This document shows, one piece after another, positions 1 to 12,089 of a stretch of DNA of 64,000 nucleotides. The DNA is taken from contig OX597828.1 of NCBI GenBank assembly GCA_951406725.2, positions 11,718,001-11,782,000 on the forward strand. The letters are read 5' to 3'. Made by a program: the position numbers and the translations under genes. Under the pieces are notes generated by a model. It made no database searches and was not told the DNA's origin. It saw nothing but the letters and a program-made list of their open reading frames with translations. The stretch comes from Octopus vulgaris. Its lineage: Eukaryota. Every line of letters starts with the position of its first letter. Positions within the stretch are counted from its first letter, which is position 1.

Positions 1-195
1 ACGTGAGTAAGTCTCGTTGCCTCTAGGTTAAAATGGTTAAGCTTGTGCCTTTCAAGGACAAGCATTGTGGTATAAATGATCGGCAGAATTAGCTGCAATA
101 GAAAAGAAACCGGCAGAAAATATCAGAAAATTTCTATCGAATCTTTATCATAGATAATTATGAATCTTCAAACTTTACCTCTAGGCATGGTACGT

Positions 196-525
196 GATGT
201 ACGTATGTATGTATGTATGTATGTATGTATGTATGTATGTATGTATGTATGTATGTATGTATGCATGTATGTATGTATGTATGTATGTATGTATGTATGT
301 ATGTATGTACGTACGTACGTACGTATGCATGTATGTATGTATGTACGTATGTATGCATGTGTACATGTGTGTATGTATGGATGTATGTATCCATGCATGT
401 ATGTATTCAGCCATTTAATTATGTACGTGTGTATGTATGTGTGTGTATGTATGCATGAGTGTATGTATGTATTTATGTACGTGTGTATGTATGTGTCTGT
501 ATGTATGTATGTGTGTGTGTGTATA
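196..525. repeat. (TATG)n / (TG)n compound microsatellite
   Basis: Direct reading; explains the MYVC/HTYI ORFs. Confidence 0.95.
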
Positions 526-555
526 GCTTAGGATAAGCATAGTAATAACACATAT

Positions 556-821
556 ATTCTTTTATTTGTTTCAATCATTTGACTGTGGCCATGCTGGAGC
601 ACCGCCTTAAGTCGAGCGAATCAATCCCAGGACCTATTTTTGTAAGCTTAGTGCTTATTCTATCATTCTTTTTGCCAAACCGCTAAGTTATTAGGACGTA
701 AAAACACCAACATCGGTTGTCAAACGATGTTGTGGAGACAAACACAGACACACAAACATACACACACATACATACATACATACATACATACATACATGCA
801 TACATACATACATACATACAT

Positions 822-869
<48 letters not shown>

Positions 870-968
870 GCATTAGAAGATACTTACCTAAGGTGCCACG
901 CAGTGGGACAGAACCCGAAACCATGTGGTTGGTAATGAAGCTACTTACCACACAGACCGTCCTACGCC
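556..968 (-). mobile_element. tRNA-derived SINE, family B (internally deleted, central microsatellite)
   Basis: Reverse complement matches the head (GTGTGGTAAGTAGCTT...GGGTTCTGTCCCACTGCGTGGCACC) and tail (GGTGCTCCAGCATGGCCACAGTCAAATGATTGAAACAAATAAAAG) of the full copies at 49087 and 62787. Confidence 0.85.
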
Positions 969-976
969 TGAATATG

Positions 977-1055
<79 letters not shown>

Positions 1056-1056
<1 letters not shown>

Positions 1057-1238
1057 GGAGGAGAATTCACAAAAATGCAAAAGACGAAGACAGGTGGTGT
1101 AGATAACAAGCAGCTGTATTAGTATAACGCTCGGGAAGTGTAAAAGTCTTTAAACGTTTCAAGCCTTCGTTCTTCCACAGAAAGGAACACAGAAGAAAAC
1201 AAGGAGAGAAAATACAGAATGTGTAGCGGCTAGCGATA
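1056..1238 (-). mobile_element. Short microsatellite-embedded repeat with degenerate Penelope-type hammerhead-like motif
   Basis: Minus strand 1153-1180 reads CTGTGGA-A-GAAC-GAAG-GCTT-GAAACGTT; flanked by (TA)n and (CA)n. Confidence 0.45.
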
Positions 1239-1387
1239 CACACACACACATACATACATACATACATACATACATACGTACGTACATACATACATACATA
1301 CATACATACATACATACATACATACATACGTACATACATGCATGCATATATAGACATAACATATATATATACACATATAAGGTTATA

Positions 1388-1618
1388 AGGCGGCGAGCTG
1401 GCAGAAACGGTAGCACGCCGGGCGAAATGCGTAGCCGTATTTCGTCTGCTGTTACGTTCTGAGTTCAAATTCTGCCGAGGTCGACTTTGCCTTTCATCCT
1501 TTCGGGGTCGATAAATGAAATACCAGTTACGCACTGGGGTCGATGGAATCGACTTAATCGCTTTGTCTGTCCTTGTTTGTCCCCTCTGTGTTTAGCCCCT
1601 TGTGGGTAGTAAAGAAAT
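1388..1618 (+). mobile_element. tRNA-derived SINE, family A (full length)
   Basis: AGGCGGCGAGCTGGCAGAAACG A-box-like head, GAGTTCAAATTC B-box, central GCCTTTCATCCTTTCGGGGTCGATAAA block, tail GCCCCTTGTGGGTAGTAAAGAAATA; many copies in the window. Confidence 0.9.
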
Positions 1619-1634
1619 ATATATATATACACAT

Positions 1635-1790
1635 ATTGTATCCATCCGCCAAATTCACTCAGAAGAAATTGGTCTGCCAAGGGGTTTATACTAGAAGGCC
1701 TTACACAGGGGTGCTCGCATTCAGTTTGAAACCAGAACCGCGTGGTTCCAAAGTGAGCTTTTTAACCAGCCAGCCATGCCTGCACCTAAA
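1635..1790 (-). mobile_element. Diverged SINE family B head
   Basis: Reverse complement GGTGCAGGCATGGCTGGCTGGTTAAAAAGCTCAC...GGTTTCAAAC resembles the family B 5' part. Confidence 0.6.
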
Positions 1791-1797
1791 AGTTATT

Positions 1798-2175
1798 TGC
1801 GTGTATTTGCAAGTATGTGTCTGAGGGTATGTGTGTGCGTGTGTCTGTGCCTCTGCGTGTGTCTGTGCCTCTGCGTGTTTGTATGTGTACGAGTGTGTCT
1901 GTGCGGGTGTGCTTACGTCTGTGTGTGTCTGTGTTTGTGAGTTTGTGTGTGTGTGTGTGTCTGAGGGCGCGTATGTGTCTGTGTATGTGTGTGTGTATAT
2001 GTCAGTGTGCCCGTGAGCTTGTGTGTGGGTGTCTGTGTGTCTGAGCGTGCATGTGTATATATGTGTGTATGTGTGTATGTATGTATGTGAGTGCATGTGC
2101 GTGTGTGTATGCGTGTCTGTGTGAGACTATATGCGTGTACATGTGTATTTGAGTGTGTGTGCATGTATGTTTGTA
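1798..2175. repeat. Degenerate (TG)n microsatellite
   Basis: Direct reading. Confidence 0.9.
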
Positions 2176-2704
2176 TCTTAACTTCGGGAAATAATTATGT
2201 AGGTTAGATCACACCAATCCGAAATGGAACTCAGCCAGATCGAAATCAAAATTCTTCACTTGTAAAAATTTCCATTTTCTAACCGTCGGCATTTTCGCCA
2301 AAGTTATTTGAAAAACAAGACTACTCCTTTGATTCTTGTATGCAATTAGTTCTTTCTCTGATATCAAAACAGAGCAGAATATATCTTATTTCCCGAAACG
2401 CCGAAACCAATCGTTAGATGTTAAATGTTAATCGAGAGATGTTCTATCAAAGCAATCATATTATATATCTTGATTATGATTAAGGAAGGCCTGAAGGGAA
2501 AAAAACAGATATTAACTACGTGTCATTTTAGATTCGAAATTTAAATGTTGTTCTCAGTTCCAGGCGTTATATTTTGACTGAAAATATTTTGATAATAAAG
2601 AACAAAAGTATACAAAGGCGACATAAGTTCGCCATGAAAAATGTCTAAAAATACATTTGTGTATTTTAGTTTGCATACACTTTCAAATATATTCCTCTTG
2701 CGCA

Positions 2705-2930
2705 TGTTATTGTTGTTGTTGTTGCTGTTGTTGTTGTTGTTCTTGTTCTTCTTCTTCTTCTTCTCCTTCTTCATCTTTTTCTTCTTCTTCTTCTCCTCCT
2801 CCTTCTTCTTCTCCTTTTTCTTCTTCTTCTCCTCCTCCTTCTTCTTCTCCTTCTTCTTCTTCTTCTTCTTCTCCTCCTCCTCCTCCTCCTCCTCCTTCTT
2901 CTTCTTCTTCTTCTCCTTCTTCTTCTTCTT

Positions 2931-2992
<62 letters not shown>

Positions 2993-3009
2993 TATTATTA
3001 TTATTATTA
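2705..3009. repeat. Compound trinucleotide microsatellite (GTT)n-(CTT/CCT)n-(ATT)n
   Basis: Direct reading; source of the poly-L/F/S/Y ORFs. Confidence 0.95.
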
Positions 3010-3620
3010 CTAGTGTGCTCGTACCGTCAGAAATGACGGCATGAAAATGATACGGAAAATAAAAGTGAAATAAAAAATATTCCAGCCGTTATCTCAGTAA
3101 TTGCTTCATCACCACGTTTCTAACGAAAACCCTACCAGCAATAAGTTCGCCTTGATTTGGATGGTCCATTTCAGTATTAATTAATTCCTCCATTCTTTTC
3201 ATCGATATTCTCTCTCTCTCTCTCTCTCGTTTTCTCTCTGTGCTGCTTCCTCTCCCGTTTCATCTTGTTGCCTTTGTGATGCTCTCATTCTTAGATAGTC
3301 TCTCCTTACTGCTACTTGCTCTTCTATTTCATCTTGGCGCTTTTGTACTGCTCTCTCTCTCTCCCTTTGAATACCTCTCCTTTGTGCAATTAGGTGCCTT
3401 TTCATTTTGACGTCTTCGAGCCTGTCTCCTTGTGTCTTGCTCTCGTCCTTCTAGTCTCATTTCGTGTGATTGATTTAATAACTTTAATATACTGTTCAAT
3501 CTTCTTGCGTTCAGTTCTTCCTGAGTGACACTGGCTGTTCTTCGCCTTGGTCTCTCTCTCTAGCTAACTGTCGCCTTCTGTCTGATTAATTCTCCAAAGC
3601 AGGTGGATGGGTATATTTAA
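3010..3620 (-). mobile_element. Non-autonomous Helitron-like element (3' end plus degenerate R/E/Q-rich coding remnant); 5' limit not determined
   Basis: Minus strand ends GCCGTCA-TTTC-TGACGGT, 9-nt spacer, CTAG|T (hairpin + CTAG + T, the Helitron 3' signature). The same strand carries a QRQQDETGEEAAQRENERER-type charged repeat ORF remnant. Confidence 0.6.
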
Positions 3621-3760
3621 TACAACGGAACACAAACTTCAGAACAAATAAATGTATTTGTGTGTGCGTGTATGTGTGTGTGTATGTGTAAACGTTAGTT
3701 TTTTTTATATTTCTATACGTAAGTATACTAGCTCAAAAATTACACAGGATTACATTAACG

Positions 3761-4205
3761 GGATCTTTTCGGTTTGAACGGCAGTTTTTTAAAAATAATT
3801 TCCACGTAACTAAACACTTTTAAACTTCGTATACTGGTAGAATGTGTTTATAAAACATCTTTTTCTCTTGGCTTTATTGAGAAAATTCTATAGTTTGTAA
3901 GATATTTGTTGTTTGTTTTTCTTCAATTTCTGCAATTTCAATCAATCAAAGACATCTATTGAGGTGAAAACATTCTGTGCCGTATGAAAAATTCCCTCGT
4001 TTAAGAAACAGATTGGGTTTATTTACATTTCTGAAGAAAAAAAGATACCCTTCCCCCACCCCTACCCCTAAACCTAACTAACCCTAACTCTAACCCTAAC
4101 CCTAAAATAGATTGAAATGCAATAGATCGATACTAGGATCATAATTATGGGTGACAATTTCATATGACACCGCGAGAAAAAACTGCCGTTCAAACCAAAA
4201 GATCC
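3761..4205. mobile_element. MITE with GGATCTTTTCGGTTTGAACGGCAG TIRs, 8-bp TSD and internal telomeric (CCCTAA)n; Merlin-like
   Basis: TIRs at both ends; TSD CATTAACG/CTTTAACG; CCCTAA tract at ~4060-4105. Confidence 0.9.
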
Positions 4206-4740
4206 CTTTAACGGCATACACACAATGGCTTATTTTTTTCCAGCAACGTCTACACGTTCTCTATCTCTGTCTGTCTGTCTCTCTCTCTCTCTGACTCTCT
4301 CTGTCTCTCTCTCTCACTCTTTACCGCCTGAAACGGAAAAACATCTTGAAGACAAATTTCACCGCCTTGGCAAAATTCTTTATTCATAAATGTTTACGAA
4401 TATCACCGTATCAGCAATATTTGCAAATATTCGTAATTACCTTCCTTACATATTTAGCTTTCTTTAAACAGACAATATCATCAAGATTTCTTTCAATAGA
4501 CAATATTTCAATTTTATAACTTTAAAATTACTAATTTACTTATCTTATATTCTATTAACTTTGCAACTTTTTCAGCAGAAAAATCTTCCGGAACAGTCAA
4601 ACATCCATAGAGATACAGAAAAAATAATTTTGAGGAGCAAAATCCTAATTTACTTATTGTTATCAATGTTTACCAGAAAAAAAATATGCGTTCATCGAAT
4701 AAAAATGAAAATGTTGTTGAGAAAAAGAGAGGAAGAGTGA

Positions 4741-4850
4741 GAGAGTGAGAGAGAGAGAGAGAGAGAGAAAGAAAGAAAGAAAGAAAGAGAGTAACTGAGT
4801 GAAAAAGATAGAAAATGTAGATAGATGGAGAGAGAGGGTGAGAGAAAGAG
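4741..4850. repeat. (GA)n/(GAAA)n purine tract
   Basis: Direct reading. Confidence 0.85.
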
Positions 4851-5259
4851 AAAGGCAGCGTTCATCAATAAAGTGAAAAGGATTTTGTTGAGAGAGAGTG
4901 CGAGAGGCGCTGTTTCATACCATTTCCTCTCTCACTGTTATTACCATTTTGTCTCTTCTCTTTCTTTTTTTACTCTTACTTACACTGCTGCTTCCTCATT
5001 GCGTGATTTTGGACAAACTTACAAACAATCATTAGATTATTATGATCGTCTAGCTGGAGATGTGGTTTTGGGGCGTTGTGAGTTTATGTTTAATTCACTT
5101 GCTTTAAAAGGCTCAATACTGTATTCTGTTCGTTAAATCGTTTTGCAAGCCAGATGCCCTTGTGGCGGGCGGGATTGACGTTTGTTAACCAAAGCTCCAT
5201 TTTGGGGGTGATACAAACCTTTTTGTTCAAATTTCTTCGAAAATTTGCTTCGAAGAAAA

Positions 5260-7040
5260 TAAATATTGAAGATGGTGACAAAAAGCAAGAGTGAAGAAAG
5301 GCGGTGGTATGGCAATTTGCACAAAGACTTCCCCCTCCTCCCCACCATGATTGGCAGAAGACAGCAGGAAGAAAAGAAGGAAGAAGAAGTGAAGAATCAA
5401 GAAAAGAAGGAAGAAGAAGTGAAGAATCAAGAAAAGAAGAAAGAAGGCGAGAGGAAGGAAAGAGTAAAGTCTTCCTCACTTCATGGGAATTATAATAGCA
5501 AGCAAAACAACATTGAAACCAGCGGCGGTGAAGCAGCTAACAAAAGTAGAGTTGACAGCGAGAAAGAGATTTTTGAAAATATCACGGCAGGTAAGGAATG
5601 GGTTAGCATCCCATAGGAGAACAAAATGGAAAAACTAGACAAAGCAGCAAAATTTACGAAAATGAATGGAAGGAGGGCAGAATTGACTCCTCCAAGCGAC
5701 GTGCTCGAGGCAACAGCCAAACGAAATGTCGTCTGCAGGTGTGTAAACACAAAGACAGGAATCTTGAAAATGCTAAACGCGACCAGGTGAAAAAGCTTCG
5801 AAAGATATATAGCAAGATATCCACCACAATGCGAGAGCGAATCAGTACAGCGGAGTAGAGGTCCTTTTTGAGGCCGAGGAGCAGGCGATAAAGAACTCGG
5901 TGACCACGTGTAGCACCGAGGAAATCGCCCTCTTCCCAAGAAGAGTAGTACGAATCACAGTACCTGGAGTTCCACCAGTCTTGGATCTATGGTGGATTCT
6001 CGTTGTATTTGTAGGGACGGCGGGCAGAATCTCCTGGACGTTAAAAGATCGAGGAGGGAGAATTGGGTTGGGACTACCGTGGAGGTTCTTCTCCACGTGA
6101 AGTCAGAGCAGTTTGAGAAACTCTCAGACCTGATTTCCCTCTCGAGTGGAGTAGAACTAAAGGTGAACGTGGAGGGCAGAAGGCCGAGGTGCTATGGTTG
6201 TGGTTCAACGGCCTACTTATGGTTCCACTGCCCACAGAACCAGAACAGAATGGCAGAAATAAATGTCCAAACTAAAGCACCACAACCCATGAGTCGACAA
6301 AAGCAAGAACAGCAAGCAACAACAACAACAGAAAGGCATGGGAATAAAAATAGAAATTGAACTCAAGGAGACAAAGCAGGCAGGTGCTACAGTAAAGTAG
6401 GAGTAGCACTAGCAGCAGAGGCGGAAGCTACAGTAGCAGCAGCAACAGCAACAACTACAAGAGAACCAGATCAAACAACACGAGAAGAAAACGTACAAGA
6501 CACGGACTCCTCCACGCATCCAAGTGATGATGAGGGGGAAGTCCAAAATGTAAAAAAAGAGAGAAAAACAAACAAACATTTAAGGGACGGCAAACACAGA
6601 CACACTGATGACAACAGCAGCACTGCAAACACCACAATCGCCAACACCATCACAAGCACCTACAACAGCATCAAAAACACAACAAACCTTAAAATGAAAA
6701 ATGTCACTACAACAACAACAACAACCATCCGTGCAGCAGTAGAATTTCGTTCCAGTGAGGAGGGCCAAAGAAAAGCTGATGGCCCTCACAGCGCGAAACG
6801 AGAACATTGAAACAGAGAGAGTGATATGAAGCCCAAACACTTTTAGAGTACCGGGGAACCTAATGATAGTGCGAATGACATTAGCGGCTTGTAGGAACAT
6901 TAAGCGAAGCTACCCGTATGACACTGGATCTCCCAATGTAACGGCCAACAAAAGGCTGTTAAGGGGGTTCCCAGAGGAACCCAACAAAACAGACAGGGTG
7001 GGAGAAGCATTCGACCACAAACAGCTTCAGGAGGGTAAGT
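5260..7040 (+). pseudogene. Degenerate non-LTR retrotransposon ORF1 (gag-like) with zinc knuckle; several stops and frameshifts
   Basis: RVVRITVPGVPP...VNVEGRRPRCYGCGSTAYLWFHCP (CX2CX4[H>Y]X4C at 6190-6231), charged N-terminus and low-complexity T/Q/A tail, as in L1/Tx1-type ORF1. Confidence 0.65.
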
Positions 7041-7173
7041 GACACACCCTTTTTTCATTCCTTACTTCCTGTCCAGAATGGTGGTTGAAGATGAGCCTAC
7101 AATATACATGTTAACACTTCCAATCAGTTAAGATCAGAAGGCATGAGAACCACAACACGGCACTGCATGAGGG

Positions 7174-7174
<1 letters not shown>

Positions 7175-7224
<50 letters not shown>

Positions 7225-7281
7225 CATCATCATCATCATCACCATCATCACCATCATCACCATCACCATCATCACCATCAC

Positions 7282-7328
<47 letters not shown>

Positions 7329-7335
7329 ACATCAT
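7175..7335. repeat. (ATT)n-(ATC/ACC)n microsatellite
   Basis: Direct reading. Confidence 0.95.
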
Positions 7336-7340
7336 TATAC

Positions 7341-7601
7341 AAGGTGGTGAGCTGGCAGAACCGTTAGCACACCGGGCAAAATGCCATGCGGCATTTTGTC
7401 CGATTATACAAGGTGGTGAGCTGGCAGAACCGTTAGCACACCGGGCAAAATGCCATGCGGCCTTTTGTCCGATTTTACGTCCTGAGTTCAAATTCTGCTG
7501 AGATCGACTTTGCCGTTCATCCTTTCGAGGTCGATAAAATAAGTACCAGTTGAACACTGGGGTCGGTGTAAACGACTCATCCCCACCCGGCAATTTGAAA
7601 C

Positions 7602-7637
<36 letters not shown>

Positions 7638-8315
7638 AAAGACGGCAAACTCGTAGAATTGCTCAGCATCATTTCATTCAGAGTTCAAGTGCCGCTGGGG
7701 TCAACATTACCTTCATCTTTCCGGGATCGATAAAATAAGTACCAGTCGAGCGCTAGGGTCGATATAATAGACTAGCTCATTCCCACTCCACACGCACAAC
7801 CACCACCACCAAATTTCAAGTCTTGTGTCTATAGTAGAAAGAATTATTAAGGCAGGGAAATAGCAGGATCGTTAACGTGATGGACAAATTGCTTAACGGT
7901 ATTTTATCCGTCTTAAGGCGGCGAGATGGCATAATCGTTAGGACGCCGGGCGAAATGCTTAGCGGTATTTTCATCTGTCTTTACGTTCTGAGTTCAAACT
8001 CCGCCGAGGTCGACTTTGCCTTTCATCCTTTCGGGGTCGATAAATTAATTACCAGTTACGCACTGGGGTCGATATAATCGACTTAATTCGTTTGTCTGTC
8101 CTGGTTTGTTCTCTCTGTGCTTAGCCCCTTGTGGGTAGTAAAGAAATAGGTATTTTATGCGTCTTTACATTCCGTGTTCGAATGCCGCCGCGGACGACTT
8201 TGCATTTCATCCTTCAGCTGACTATAAAATTAGTGTCAGTTGTGTACTGGAGTCAGTGTAATCGAATTTCGCCTGCCCCACAAAACTGATGGCTCGTCCC
8301 CACCAAATTAGGAAG
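7341..8315 (+). mobile_element. Cluster of 4-5 SINE family A copies of different ages, including a 69-bp head duplication
   Basis: Repeated GAGTTCAAAT...TTCATCCTTTCG.GGTCGATAAA..AAGTACCAG blocks; a young copy is nested at ~7916-8150. Confidence 0.85.
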
Positions 8316-8513
8316 AACTATTATTTTTCTTATTATTCCCTTGGCTTTCAGGTTGCTTTACACAAGAATGCAACAAACTTTAGTACGTAGCTTCTGCCCG
8401 CTATTCAATTTTAACTGCCAATTTGCCAGTTCTCTCTCTCTCTCTCCCCCTCTCTCTTCTCTCTGTATCTCACCCCCAATTTTCCCTTCCTCTCTTTCTC
8501 TTTTCTCCATCTT

Positions 8514-8558
<45 letters not shown>

Positions 8559-8799
8559 CTCTTTATGAATGACTACTAAATCGTTGGCAGCGAAGAAGAA
8601 TACTTATTTCAATGGACTGTACATGAAACATTAGATTGTTATTAAAATCTAGACAACACCATAAAGACTAAACAATTGAAATATCCAAGTAAACTTCGAG
8701 ACAAAACGATCAAAGACCACAAGATTCGCTCATAAGAATTCAATGTCAGTATTCTGTTAACGGAATTGTATATTATTAGTGGACTTCTTATTAAGACTG

Positions 8800-8940
8800 T
8801 CACTGATCCTTAGTGTAAAGACTTGATGCATCATTTAGTTGAAGAAGTGAAGACGATGAGAAGGTGTAGATTGTTCAAACATTAAGTTCTGTATTACCAT
8901 AACAATACATCAGTTCACAAGTCCTTTGTTTTCCATTGAG
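8800..8940 (+). mobile_element. Very degenerate mariner transposase fragment
   Basis: VLYYHNNTSVHKS resembles the mariner VLxHHDNAPxHxS motif. Confidence 0.35.
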
Positions 8941-9184
8941 ATGTCGACAAACTGACTTTCAACCTTTCAGTGTTCAGTATTCAGATATTATAACACGCGT
9001 AGCAAGCTCTCTTTCTTTCTCGTTTTCTCTCTTTCCTATACATATCTATGTATGTTTGTGTGAGAGTTTCTCTCTCTGTCTCTGTCTCTCTCTTTCTCAA
9101 TATATAAGTATATAGTCTTATACGATATATATAGATATTATATGTCTATTACATGATATATATTATATGTCTATTACATGATAT

Positions 9185-9188
9185 AGAG

Positions 9189-9242
<54 letters not shown>

Positions 9243-9260
9243 GTAGGTAGATAAATAGAG
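9185..9260. repeat. (GATA)n microsatellite
   Basis: Direct reading. Confidence 0.95.
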
Positions 9261-9408
9261 AGAAAAAGAGTAAGAGAGAAAGAGAGTGAAAGAAAGACAA
9301 GGATATATTCATACATATATTAATCTAGAAGACAATAAGGCATCCCGTGGGAAAGAATTAGTGTTTGCAAATGTCTTATATCATTCATATTTAAATCCTC
9401 AGAGTTGA

Positions 9409-9972
<564 letters not shown>

Positions 9973-10320
9973 TGTATACGCACACACAGGTGCGCGCACG
10001 CAAACATATACTCTAAAGAATCCAGCTTGCACAAATACTTATTCGGTTATTCATGCTAAAACACTTGGCTACACACAAATGAAATCAGAATCCTGACACA
10101 AACACAATAACACAAACAGAAATACTCGCACATGCGCAAACGTTTCTAAGATTATGTTCATATACAGATACGCTTATATGTCTATTTGTATGTAAGGTCT
10201 TCTGATTTGTTTTCCAAACATATTTTCTGATCTAAATTTTAACCTTTCACCAATTGAGAAAAGAGTCGGTTTCTAATCCAGAATAAAGTTCTTTTATTCG
10301 AATTTATATATATATATATA

Positions 10321-10405
10321 TAGCTCAGTCAGTAGAGCATCAGACTTTTATAGGTCAACTTGACAAGTAATCTGAGGGTCGTGGGTTCGAGTCCCTCTGT
10401 GGGCA
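10321..10405 (+). tRNA. tRNA-Lys(TTT) pseudogene with 19-nt intron; 5' acceptor strand replaced by (TA)n
   Basis: TAGCTCAGTCAGTAGAGCATCAGACTTTTA | TAGGTCAACTTGACAAGTA | ATCTGAGGGTCGTGGGTTCGAGTCCCTCTGTGGGCA. Anticodon TTT at 10347-10349, intron 10351-10369 at position 37/38, TTTT shortly downstream. Confidence 0.85.
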
Positions 10406-10419
10406 TAGACCATTTTATA

Positions 10420-10582
10420 GTCGCAGGAGTGGCTGTGTGGTAGGTAGCTTGCTTACCAACCACATGGTTCCAGGTTCAGTCCCACTGCATGGTACCTTGG
10501 GCAAGTGTCTTCTACTATAGCCTCGGGCCGACCAAAGCCCTGTGAGTGGATTTGGTAGACGGAAACTGGAAGAAGTCCATTG
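10420..10582 (+). mobile_element. SINE family B, 5' half
   Basis: CGCAGGAGTGGCTGTGTGGTAGGTAGCTTGCTTACCAACCACATGGTTCCAGGTTCAGTCCC... Confidence 0.85.
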
Positions 10583-10626
<44 letters not shown>

Positions 10627-10627
<1 letters not shown>

Positions 10628-10965
10628 GAAAGGCAAAGTCGACCTCGGTGAAATTCGAACTCAGAACGTAAAGACGGACGAAATGCCGCTAAGTATTTTT
10701 CCTGACGCACTAACGATTCTGCCAGCTTGTCGCCTTAATGATAGCTAATATCATCGGTTACTTAAAGGCGGCCAGCTGGCAGAATCGTTATCACACCGAG
10801 CAAAATACTTAGCGGCATTCCGTCCGTTTTTAGGTTCTGAGTTCAAATTCCGCTGTGATCGACTTTGCATCTTACCTTCTCAAAGTCGATAAAATAAGTA
10901 CCAGTTGAGCACTGGGTTTCACCCCAACTCCGAACTTGCTGGCCGTTTGCCAAAGTTTGAAATCT
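10627..10965. mobile_element. Two head-to-head SINE family A copies (minus 10627-10736, plus 10766-10965)
   Basis: Matches to the family A head and central block on opposite strands. Confidence 0.8.
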
Positions 10966-11289
10966 ATGTTATCGGTTGCTAAGTCCAAGACAGATTTCGC
11001 TCATTGTTTATGTTAGTGTCACAAGTTTTCTAGCAGGATAGCTATATATTGTTCTGTTGTCGTACAGCTACGCTTCATTCCTGCTTTGTGGGTCTCTGGT
11101 GACAAATTAGAGAATATTTTTTGAGGTACTCTTTTCCAACTCCCATTACGTGAGTTGTTTCCACAATGCAAACATGAATCCACACTACAATTGGTAATCG
11201 TTATATGCAGTGGAACGGATATGATGCAATACTTGTTTACTTATGCATGCATGTATTTTCGTGTGTATGTATATCTCTTCTATTTTTTA

Positions 11290-12066
11290 AATTCTTAAAA
11301 TAAATCTTCCACTGAGGCGGAAGCCGGTTTCCAAGATACAAGGATCCAGCTTTGCGATGTAAGTTAACACAGACAAATTCACATTTGGAAATTGAGAAAA
11401 GTCTTGAATATTTTCACTGTTCCACTCACAGATTGCACTTGTAATGTACGAATTAGCCGGTCGATTTCTCTTTCTTAAAATACCAGTTTAATCAGATTTT
11501 CCTTTAAGCATTTACTAACAAAACCTAGTGCTCCAATTATTTTTGGTATGAATATGAATTCATGGTCTGGACATAGAACCTGGAGGTTTCGAAGCAGCTG
11601 TCCATAGATATCCTCCTTTCCTTTGCTGTTTAAAAAGATATTTATAACTGCAGGGCAACTGACCTCTATGATGATACATACATTTGCCCTTTTGTCCCAC
11701 ACAACAATATCCGGCCTGTTATGTTTACATTTGAGAGAGGTTTTGATGGGAATATTCCACCAGTATTACTCGAGTTGGTGTTTATGAATGTATTCAATAC
11801 TAGAGGGATCTTCTAAGTTTCTTTCAGGACAATTTTTGCGGATGGCATTGTAAATTGTTTTAGCAACAACATCGTGCTGCATAGGGAGTTTACGACATTT
11901 TAGGACAGCTGCTAATCATATGCGTGATGTCTTACACAGAAAAATGACATAACCTACACATGCGGTTGCACCTTGGGATTACAAGAGCGTCACTGACTCT
12001 CTTGTTCACCAGGTACTTTCGTGGCAATCTCCTGTTCCTGGATTGCAAACGAATAACCTTCAAAGT
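11290..12066 (-). mobile_element. 5'-truncated R4/Dong-like non-LTR retrotransposon (RLE clade), degenerate C-terminus
   Basis: Minus translation: FEGYSFAIQEQEIAT, CCHC knuckle CRLC-x8-H-x4-C, QHDVVAK (RHD motif), HNRPDIVVWDK..CIIIEVSCP (PD-(D/E) endonuclease), IIGALG. Confidence 0.85.
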
Positions 12067-12089
12067 GTATGTATGTATGTATGTATGTA

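Noticed and set aside
1-12. Splice-donor-like AC|GTGAGT at the window start
   Set aside because: No upstream exon is visible; a hexamer alone is not evidence.
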